A DNA stretch of 8,384 nt from an archaeon (GTDB lineage Archaea; Nanobdellota; Nanobdellia; Pacearchaeales; GW2011-AR1). Made by a program: the position numbers and the translations under genes. The notes below the pieces were generated by a model. It saw only the letters and a list, made by a program, of their open reading frames with translations, made no database searches and was not told the DNA's origin. Location of the stretch: positions 1-8,384 of the forward strand of contig DAIEOU010000010.1 in assembly GCA_027348755.1 (NCBI GenBank), read 5' to 3'. Of this stretch, positions 1 through 5,898 are shown in pieces (positions within the stretch are counted from its first letter, which is position 1; every line of letters starts with the position of its first letter).

Positions 1-878
1 CTAATGAAGGTATAAAGCCTCAAACTAGAGAGCATTTACTTGCATTACATGCAAAAGGAATAAAGAATCTGATAGTTGTACAGAACAAGATAGACCTCGT
101 AAATGTTGATCAGGCAAAGAAAAATTATGCTGATATAAAACAGATGCTTAAAGGAAAATATGATTCTGCTCCAATAATTCCTGTTTCAGCACAGCAGTCT
201 GTAAACCTTGAATCTATATACTCTGCTCTTGCCGAGATAAAAATACCTGAAAGAAATGATTCTGGGCAGCCATTATTTATAGTTGCAAGAAGCTTCGATA
301 TAAACAAGCCTGGAACAGAGCCTAAAAATTTACATGGTGCAGTTCTAGGGGGAACACTTAAGCAAGGCATTTTGAAAATAGGTGATGAGATAGAGATAAA
401 GCCCGGCAGGCTAGTTAAAGAAGGAAATCAGTATAAGTATGAAGTTCTTAGGACAAAAGTTCTAAATCTTTTCAATGGCTCGCATAAAGTTGACAAGCTC
501 ACTCCAGGAGGAAGCATGAGCATAGAGACTGAGCTCGATATGTCTCTTGCAAAGTCAGACTCTCTTTCAGGGAATGTTGTTTCAACAGTAGGGAATCTTC
601 CCAATGCTATAAGCAGCCTAAAGCTTTCTTATGAGCTTTTCCCAGAGGTGTTTGGAGTTGGAGCTAAGACTGCCGTTGAAGCAATAAAGCCCTCAGAGAT
701 GCTTTTCTTGAGTATAAATACCTCAATGGTCGTGGGAGTTGTGAAAAAAGTAAGCAAGAATGAGCTCGAGTTATCTTTAAAGCTTCCTTTAGTCTCTTTT
801 AAGGGAGATACAGTAAGTATAGCTAGGAACATAAACAATCATTGGAGACTTATAGGTCACGGTATTGTTTCTCAGTAG
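1..878 (+). CDS. eif2g: Translation initiation factor aIF2 gamma subunit, 5'-truncated by the window edge (codon phase starts at nt 3)
   Basis: The frame is open from the window edge: NEGIKPQTREHLLALHAKGIKNLIVVQNKIDLV... It has the GTPase G4 motif NKID (84-95) and a VSAQ G5-like motif. Domain II/III sequence follows (FIVARSFDINKPG, GGTLKQGILKIGDEIEIKPG, HWRLIGHGIV) and is typical of a/eIF2-gamma. Stop TAG is at 876-878. The track ORF 144-878 is only the part after an internal Met. Confidence 0.92.
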   Translation, partial: NEGIKPQTREHLLALHAKGIKNLIVVQNKIDLVNVDQAKKNYADIKQMLKGKYDSAPIIPVSAQQSVNLESIYSALAEIKIPERNDSGQPLFIVARSFDINKPGTEPKNLHGAVLGGTLKQGILKIGDEIEIKPGRLVKEGNQYKYEVLRTKVLNLFNGSHKVDKLTPGGSMSIETELDMSLAKSDSLSGNVVSTVGNLPNAISSLKLSYELFPEVFGVGAKTAVEAIKPSEMLFLSINTSMVVGVVKKVSKNELELSLKLPLVSFKGDTVSIARNINNHWRLIGHGIVSQ

Positions 879-879
879 G

Positions 880-886
880 TTTTTAA
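880..886 (+). promoter_or_regulatory. TATA-like box (TTTTTAA) for the helicase-nuclease gene, implying a leaderless transcript
   Basis: TTTTTAA is centred about 26 nt upstream of ATG 909. Five other first-in-unit genes in this window show the same spacing. Confidence 0.45.
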
Positions 887-908
887 CTTTGATACTTCTT
901 TTCAATTT

Positions 909-3884
909 ATGGATGCAATAAACAAAATTTCAGGACCATGTGTTGTTCTGGCAGGTGCAGGTACTGGAAAGACGCACACCATTGTCGAGAAGATAAAACA
1001 TCTTATATCCACTAAGGCATACAAGCCTGAGAGCATAGTTTGCATAACTTTTAGCAATGAAGCTGCAAATAATCTTCTTTCACGTGTTCAGAATGCAATA
1101 AACATAGAAATAGGAAAAGAACCTGTAATAAAGACTTTTCATGCATTTTCAGCTGATATTCTGAGGAAGCATGCAGACAAGATAGGACTGTCAAAAGAAT
1201 TTAACATTTTGGAACCTGACGAGGCTAAGATAGTTTTGCATAGGAGCTTTAAGGTTTCTAGTTACAACTGCCATCGGTATATATCAAACATAGGCACAGC
1301 AAAAGATTTAGGAATAACTATACAGCAGATGAAAGAATTTCTTGCGGTAAGGATGGAATCTTTTTCTGGAATTGACATTGAGAAAGAACTTGAAAATATG
1401 AGTTTTGAACTTCAGACAATACATTTGAAAAAGAATAATGAGCAGAAGAAAATACTAAGTGAAAGAGTTAGAAAGCTCAGTAATATAATTGAACTAAAAA
1501 AATTCATAAGCGCATGGGAAGGTTATGAAAAACTTAAGCTAAAGAAGAATTATCAGGATTATGCAGACCTTAATGCAAATGCACTCCTTCTAATGCAGAA
1601 GTTTCCTGAAGTAGCTCAAGAGTTTTCTTATGTAATAGTAGATGAGTTTCAAGACACTAACAAAGTACAGCTTGAGTTTCTCATGGCTCTTGCACCTCAT
1701 GAAAACATAACTATAGTTGGAGACTTAAATCAGAGTATATACAGGTTCAGAGGGGCATATAAAGAAAATTTCTCAATTTTTAGAAAACATTTCAAGGTGC
1801 AGCAGAGTGATATATTTACACTTGACAAATCATTTAGGTCTCCTAATAAAGTGCTTAGGGCTGCTCATAGACTGATACTTAATAATTATTCTGACAAGAG
1901 CGAGTGTTTTATTGTTGAAAACAGTTCTGGGAGAGAGGGAGAGAGCATAGATGTCTTTGAGATGCGCAACGGTAAGGAAGAGGCACGTAAAATAGTTGAA
2001 ATAATCGAATCAGAGTTATCTAGAGGAGTTCCAGCTGAGGAAATATGTGTTTTATTTAGAACGCATCAGCAAGGAAGAATAATACGAAGAGTTCTTGAAT
2101 CTAAGAAAATAGAATATTGCGCAGTGAGCAAAGAAAGTCTTCTTAAGCAGAAATCTGTAAGACAGATTATAGATTATCTATTCATTATTGATAAGCTTGA
2201 AAGGAAGGCTAAGGGGGGAGAGCAGGAGTTCTGGGATATTCTTTATCAGACAAAATTTGCAGCATCTGATCTTGTTGTGATAGGGAAATATCTGAAGAAG
2301 AATAAAGATGAGACGTGTATACTAGAGAAAACTATGAATGATATTCAGTCTATGGGTCTGTCAAATGATGGTTTAACCGCTGCAAAAGTTTTGGTAGAAA
2401 GAATAAACTCTATGCTAAAATTAAAGGATAAGCCAATTATAGAAAGACTTAACGAAATATACAGGCTTTCAGGCATACTTAACGCAGAAAATATGGAAGA
2501 GATAAAGGAAATACAGGCGAATCTAAATCGTTTTCTTGAACTTGCTAAAGGGCACAGCGCTTTGTACGAACCAGACCTTTATAGTTTTCTAAATTACATT
2601 GAGATAGTTGAGATACTCGGGATAGACATAGACGCGGCTGAGCTTGAGCGGGCTGGAGTAAGGTTAATGACTTTACATGCAACTAAAGGACTTGAATACA
2701 GAACAGTCATTGTTACAAATCTTGCACAAAAAAGATTTCCAATGGAAAGGTATTCTCAGAATAGCCTTATACCTATGGAACTTTATCCTGAACTTGCGCA
2801 TGCAAAGGAAACTGCAGAGGATTTTGATTTGTATGTGGCAGATTATGAAAGAGAGAACCAGATACTTGATGAAAGAAGGCTTTGTTATGTAGCTTTTACA
2901 AGGACAAAGGAGAAATTATTTTTGACTTATGCTTCAGATTATGCTGGTAAGAAGTTCCAGCCTTCTCAATTCTTACAGGAGATAGGATACAAGAGCGATG
3001 TAGACATTGTATTTTCTCAGGATAACGAAGAGAAATATGTCGAGCCTGAATCAAGTATTGAATCAACGAACAAATTTGGAAAAGTGCTTAATGCGTATGA
3101 CTTTGAGAATGCACTTAATGAAATGGCTAATGGTAAGAAGTCAGAGTCAGTTTCAGAGCAAGTATTTTCTCCATCTGCACTTTTGCTATTCAATGAATGT
3201 CAGAAATCTTATGAGTATAAGTATGTTTACAATATGCCTGAGAAAAAAACAATTAGTTGGGAAGCTATGAGGCTTGGAAGTTTTGTACACGCAGTGCTTG
3301 AACAGGGAGTAAACTCAGGGCTTCCAAGTTATGATTCATTTGTCAATCTTGCTAGGGAACTGCATATGCAGGAAGATTGGGAATCCGTTGAACTTTCAGA
3401 TGCTCTAAAGATGATACACGTATTTTTTGAGAGAAACAAAGGAAGATACAACGCAGATTCAAGGACAGAGGTTCAGCTTAACACTCTAATCAGGGGATTC
3501 AGATTTACTGGTTTTGCTGATAGGATAGATTTCTCAGGAAAAGGGGCAGAGATTATAGACTATAAAACTGGAAAGAGCCCAGTACCTCCTAAACATAGAG
3601 AATGGCAACTTGGATATTATGCCCTTGCAGCCAAGAAGAGGTATGGAAATGTGAGTAAAGTATCTCTTGACATGCTTAGAATGGAAAAACCTCTTGAGTT
3701 TGAGATAGATCGCAAAGGGGAAGCAAGTGCAACTAATGGAGAGATGCATTTTAACATATACTCTGTTGAAGATGAGCTTGTTGAAACGGCGAAGAAAATA
3801 ATGGAAGCTAAGAAGTCAGGATTCAAGCCTTGCCCAATAGAAAAGAACTGCGCCTTCTGCAATGAATATGTTTATGGGAGCTAA
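909..3884 (+). CDS. UvrD/PcrA-type SF1A helicase fused to a C-terminal Cas4/AddB-type PD-(D/E)XK nuclease with a 4-Cys (Fe-S type) signature
   Basis: 991-aa ORF. Helicase motifs: Walker A AGAGTGKT (951-974), Ia ITFSNEAANNL, TFHAFS, II VDEFQDTN (DEFQD at 1641-1655), III GDLNQSIYRFRGA, IV LDKSFRS, V LMTLHATKGLEYRTVIV, VI DERRLCYVAFTRTKEKLFL. Nuclease motifs: FNECQKSYEYKYV (Cys764, 3198-3200), GSFVHAVLE, GFADRID (D871, 3519-3521), IIDYKTGK (D884-Y-K886, 3558-3566), QLGYYALA, and CPIEKNCAFC (C975-x5-C981-x2-C984, 3831-3860). Confidence 0.9.
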   Translation: MDAINKISGPCVVLAGAGTGKTHTIVEKIKHLISTKAYKPESIVCITFSNEAANNLLSRVQNAINIEIGKEPVIKTFHAFSADILRKHADKIGLSKEFNILEPDEAKIVLHRSFKVSSYNCHRYISNIGTAKDLGITIQQMKEFLAVRMESFSGIDIEKELENMSFELQTIHLKKNNEQKKILSERVRKLSNIIELKKFISAWEGYEKLKLKKNYQDYADLNANALLLMQKFPEVAQEFSYVIVDEFQDTNKVQLEFLMALAPHENITIVGDLNQSIYRFRGAYKENFSIFRKHFKVQQSDIFTLDKSFRSPNKVLRAAHRLILNNYSDKSECFIVENSSGREGESIDVFEMRNGKEEARKIVEIIESELSRGVPAEEICVLFRTHQQGRIIRRVLESKKIEYCAVSKESLLKQKSVRQIIDYLFIIDKLERKAKGGEQEFWDILYQTKFAASDLVVIGKYLKKNKDETCILEKTMNDIQSMGLSNDGLTAAKVLVERINSMLKLKDKPIIERLNEIYRLSGILNAENMEEIKEIQANLNRFLELAKGHSALYEPDLYSFLNYIEIVEILGIDIDAAELERAGVRLMTLHATKGLEYRTVIVTNLAQKRFPMERYSQNSLIPMELYPELAHAKETAEDFDLYVADYERENQILDERRLCYVAFTRTKEKLFLTYASDYAGKKFQPSQFLQEIGYKSDVDIVFSQDNEEKYVEPESSIESTNKFGKVLNAYDFENALNEMANGKKSESVSEQVFSPSALLLFNECQKSYEYKYVYNMPEKKTISWEAMRLGSFVHAVLEQGVNSGLPSYDSFVNLARELHMQEDWESVELSDALKMIHVFFERNKGRYNADSRTEVQLNTLIRGFRFTGFADRIDFSGKGAEIIDYKTGKSPVPPKHREWQLGYYALAAKKRYGNVSKVSLDMLRMEKPLEFEIDRKGEASATNGEMHFNIYSVEDELVETAKKIMEAKKSGFKPCPIEKNCAFCNEYVYGS

Positions 3885-4153
3885 CTGTTTACGTGTATTC
3901 TAGATTCAGACCTTGCTCCAATCTCAAAGCAATATTCAGTTGTTCTACCATTTCTATTAAGTATGTATATTCCACTTATTATTTTTGAAGGCATTCCTTC
4001 TATTCTTAGAAGCCTCTCTTCTATATTTCTGAATGAAGCCTTAACTCCCCTTTCGAGAATAATAGAGTCAGAAAACCTTATTCCTGGAAGACCCATAACT
4101 CCTATTTCATATCCTTTTTCAATGAAATATGCATATGCTTCTTTAAAATCCAT
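3881..4153 (-). CDS. Hypothetical 90-aa protein with a small predicted alpha/beta domain; no family recognised
   Basis: ATG-initiated ORF with balanced, protein-like composition (MDFKEAYAYFIEKGYEIGVMGLPGIRF...). The opposite-strand ORF 3963-4181 is Ser/Ile/Pro/Leu-rich, as expected for a shadow frame. It has the same orientation as the wHTH gene and lies 95 nt downstream of it. A weak A/T box (4178-4185) sits about 28 nt upstream of the ATG. Confidence 0.55.
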   Translation of the reverse strand: MDFKEAYAYFIEKGYEIGVMGLPGIRFSDSIILERGVKASFRNIEERLLRIEGMPSKIISGIYILNRNGRTTEYCFEIGARSESRIHVNS

Positions 4154-4248
4154 TTCTGTAGGATATTCAGAAGGGCCATAATAATCTTTACCTATGTTTG
4201 TGCCTGTTTTATTTATTATTTAATAATTATTGTGAAATGAAGAAGTGT

Positions 4249-4524
4249 TTATACTAGTCCGAATGAACTTGAGAATTCTTCAACTAGCTTGTACTTGTCT
4301 AGATATTCAGAGCCCTTATCTGTAACAGAGTATGTTTTTCCTCTTTCTTTCTTGTGCTCTTCTATGAATCCTTTGGCCTTAAGCTCTGCTAGGTAATCTT
4401 CCATCATTTGGTGAGAGAGGTTAGACTTATACAGAATGTGAGTGGGTTTTATTTTCCCGTTCTTTTGCCTTATTACGCTCAGGATATCTCTTATTATCTC
4501 GAGCCTATCTCTCTTTTTTTCCAT
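4249..4524 (-). CDS. Winged-helix transcriptional regulator, archaeal COG3432 / HTH_45-like
   Basis: 91 aa from ATG 4524: MEKKRDRLEIIRDILSVIRQKNGKIKPTHILYKSNLSHQMMEDYLAELKAKGFIEE...YSVTDKGSEYLDKY. This matches the pattern R..EII.DIL...K.T.I.Y.sNLS......YL..L...G.I.....Y..T.KG..L that I associate with this family. The track's longer form starts at a TTG (4554) inside the upstream gene, so I prefer the ATG. Confidence 0.8.
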   Translation of the reverse strand: MEKKRDRLEIIRDILSVIRQKNGKIKPTHILYKSNLSHQMMEDYLAELKAKGFIEEHKKERGKTYSVTDKGSEYLDKYKLVEEFSSSFGLV

Positions 4525-5194
4525 GGTTGATGATGCGGAACAGCGTGGTTGCAATTAGCCCGTATGCCACCAACTCTATTGTCTCTGTTACTATATATCC
4601 GTAATAGAATTGATAATCTCCTATTATCATGAAGAGAAGGTTGCTTGCAAGTAATAGAAGCATTGCATAGAATATTTTCCTCTGGTTCTTGTTCTTTGGG
4701 GAGTCCTTTACGCGTCTGTAATAATGATATGATATAAATGCAAGGAACATTGAGGATATAAAGTAGAATGTCAATGATTTATACTCTGTAACTAGAACTG
4801 CAAGTATACTAAGTGCGGCAAGCATTATGTATACTGTTTTACTTCTCGACCTTAGGCTTGTATATGCTAACGTAAGATATCCGAGTACAAAAAGCAAGAC
4901 GTATATGTATATTATTATTTCACTTGCTCTCGTGAGTCCAAATAGAAGAAGCAGAATACCTCTAGGACCTTGAGCTACTGTAGTGAGGAATATGTTGAGC
5001 ATTATTCTTATAAGATATGACAATGAAAGAAGGCTGAATGCAAAACCAAATAGTTGGAAATTTCTTTCTCTTGTGACTTTGTATATCTTGAAAGAGTATC
5101 CTGCAACAAAGCTTGTAACAAGAATGAATAGCACTCCTAGAAGTATATCTATGTTAAAGAACCATGCAGGCACAAAATATAGACTTTCAACCAT
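4505..5194 (-). CDS. Polytopic membrane protein, about 7 predicted TM helices, function unknown
   Basis: 229-aa ORF with about 7 hydrophobic stretches of 18-24 aa separated by short Arg/Lys loops, for example ILLGVLFILVTSFVAGYSF, FQLFGFAFSLLSLSYLIRIML, IIIYIYVLLFVLGYLTLAY, VYIMLAALSILAVLV, FYFISSMFLAFISY, IFYAMLLLLASNLLFMIIG, IELVAYGLIATTLF. Its 3' end overlaps the wHTH start by 20 nt. Confidence 0.8.
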   Translation of the reverse strand: MVESLYFVPAWFFNIDILLGVLFILVTSFVAGYSFKIYKVTRERNFQLFGFAFSLLSLSYLIRIMLNIFLTTVAQGPRGILLLLFGLTRASEIIIYIYVLLFVLGYLTLAYTSLRSRSKTVYIMLAALSILAVLVTEYKSLTFYFISSMFLAFISYHYYRRVKDSPKNKNQRKIFYAMLLLLASNLLFMIIGDYQFYYGYIVTETIELVAYGLIATTLFRIINHGKKER

Positions 5195-5216
5195 AGACGA
5201 TAAACCATGTTTGCAC

Positions 5217-5223
5217 TTTTAAA
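5217..5223 (-). promoter_or_regulatory. TATA-like box (TTTAAAA on the minus strand) for the membrane-protein/wHTH operon
   Basis: Centred 26 nt upstream of the minus-strand ATG at 5194. Confidence 0.45.
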
Positions 5224-5361
5224 GCTTATGAATAATCTTTCCTCATTGATACTCTGAAAAAATGCTTCACAACTGACTAATAAGCAGATTATTTGTGTAT
5301 GTTAGAGATCGCGCATGAGATCAGGGGGTGATAATACATGAGATGAGCTCTAAGCTAACTT

Positions 5362-5391
5362 AGGGCACGGGTAGTGGTTGTCCCGTGCCCT
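5362..5391. repeat. Perfect GC-rich inverted repeat or hairpin with a 10-bp stem and 10-nt loop
   Basis: aGGGCACGGG (5362-5371) pairs perfectly with CCCGTGCCCt (5382-5391). The loop is tagtggttgt. It is the most GC-rich short element in an AT-rich intergenic region and lies 28 nt upstream of the TATA box of the 5447 gene. Confidence 0.6.
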
Positions 5392-5418
5392 TCACTATTA
5401 ATTCTACAACGACAATTC

Positions 5419-5426
5419 TTTTAAAT
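5419..5426 (+). promoter_or_regulatory. TATA-like box (TTTTAAAT) for the 135-aa gene, implying a leaderless transcript
   Basis: Centred about 24-25 nt upstream of ATG 5447. Confidence 0.5.
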
Positions 5427-5446
5427 CTGATAAATACACTTTTTAC

Positions 5447-5854
5447 ATGGGGCTTGGCGAACAAGTTTTTGTTGACATAGAGACGCCTTACAGCGGAGCT
5501 AGTGACAATGAAGTACGAAGAAATATAAGATATGCTAGAGCGTGCATGCGAGATTGCATAAAAAAAGACGAGGTTCCTTTTGCTTCACATCTTCTTTATA
5601 CTCAGCCAGGCATACTTGATGACAATAATCCGCATGAAAGGGAGACTGGAATACTCGCTGGGAAGCTTCTTATAACTAAACTTGAAGCGCGCACAGTCGT
5701 GTATACTGATTTGGGCATATCTAAGGGAATGCGCCAGGGAATACAAATGGCCGAGGAATTGGGTAGGAAGATTGAATATAGAACCCTCGGTGATGACTGG
5801 GAATCAAAAATGTCCGAAATAGAGGCTCAACATTCTCATAATTCTGTCTGGTAA
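5447..5854 (+). CDS. Small Rossmann-like protein resembling the nucleoside 2-deoxyribosyltransferase-like / DUF4406-type family (assignment tentative)
   Basis: The 135-aa ORF is clearly coding. The pattern VFVDIETPYSG...N..YARACMRDCIKKDEVPFASHLLYTQ..LDD..P.ER..GI.AG......A..VVYTDLGISKGMRQGIQMAEELG..IEY matches my memory of small NDT-like proteins (PY.G, P.A.H, LDD...ER, GIS.GM...A) that are frequent in phages and plasmids. The CDS call is solid. The family call rests on recollection only. Confidence 0.6.
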   Translation: MGLGEQVFVDIETPYSGASDNEVRRNIRYARACMRDCIKKDEVPFASHLLYTQPGILDDNNPHERETGILAGKLLITKLEARTVVYTDLGISKGMRQGIQMAEELGRKIEYRTLGDDWESKMSEIEAQHSHNSVW

Positions 5855-5868
5855 TATACACAGTAAGC

Positions 5869-5876
5869 TTTTTAAA
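5869..5876 (+). promoter_or_regulatory. TATA-like box (TTTTTAAA) for the rpoE'-spt4-rps24e-rps27ae operon
   Basis: Centred about 26 nt upstream of ATG 5899. This favours ATG 5899 over the track's TTG 5884, which would lie only 8 nt past the box. Confidence 0.5.
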
Positions 5877-5898
5877 GCGATTTTTGCTTGCATCAGCA

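Noticed and set aside
125-838. Minus-strand ORFs 125-370 and 629-838 inside the aIF2-gamma gene
   Set aside because: They lie entirely antisense to a confidently identified conserved gene. Their Ser/Phe/Ile/Leu/Cys-rich composition is typical of shadow frames in AT-rich DNA, and they have no recognisable motifs.
876-911. aIF2-gamma and the helicase-nuclease are in the same reading frame, separated by one TAG and ten sense codons, raising the idea of stop-codon read-through or TAG recoding
   Set aside because: Same-frame adjacency happens by chance one time in three. A good TATA box lies in the spacer. The minus-strand 90-aa ORF also ends in TAG, at a sensible C-terminus. A fusion of aIF2-gamma to a helicase makes no biological sense.
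2677-3862. ORFs 2677-2892(+), 3007-3270(+), 3534-3749(-) and 3617-3862(-) nested in the helicase-nuclease gene
   Set aside because: They are alternative-frame or antisense ORFs inside a gene whose conserved motifs run uninterrupted in the annotated frame. Their composition is low-complexity and Met/Leu/Ser-rich, and no promoter boxes are present.
3881-3975. GIY...IG string (SGIYILNRNGRTTEYCFEIG) near the C-terminus of the 90-aa orphan, suggesting a GIY-YIG nuclease
   Set aside because: The motif sits about 10 residues from the stop, so the catalytic Arg/Glu/Asn-bearing remainder of a GIY-YIG domain cannot be present. The spacing to the following Arg/His does not fit the family. It is probably coincidental, although a truncated remnant cannot be excluded without a profile search.
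3963-4181. Plus-strand 72-aa ORF opposite the 90-aa orphan
   Set aside because: The two cannot both be favoured. The plus-strand product is Ser/Ile/Pro/Leu-rich with few charged residues. The minus-strand product has balanced composition, alternating predicted helices and strands, and fits the orientation of the upstream operon. This remains the least certain CDS call in the window.
5230-5446. Possible C/D-box sRNA, tRNA or tRNA fragment in the long intergenic region
   Set aside because: I found no RUGAUGA...CUGA box pair with correct spacing, only degenerate GTGATAA and AGATGAG. There is no cloverleaf and no T-loop GTTCRANYC-like sequence on either strand. Only the isolated hairpin and short repeats remain, and these are reported as a finding.
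5447-5854. Elevated GC as proof of horizontal transfer of the NDT-like gene
   Set aside because: Hand counts are higher than in the helicase and membrane genes, but they are similar to rpoE' (25/60 for 6061-6120). Composition alone therefore cannot separate foreign origin from expression-linked or amino-acid-driven bias.
5884-5898. TTG start at 5884 for rpoE'. The same issue applies to TTG 4554 for the wHTH and ATG 6437 for spt4.
   Set aside because: The N-terminal extensions add non-homologous residues. They would either begin only 8 nt past the TATA box (5884) or overlap the preceding gene by 50-62 nt (4554, 6437). Homology to each family begins at the downstream ATGs at 5899, 4524 and 6500.
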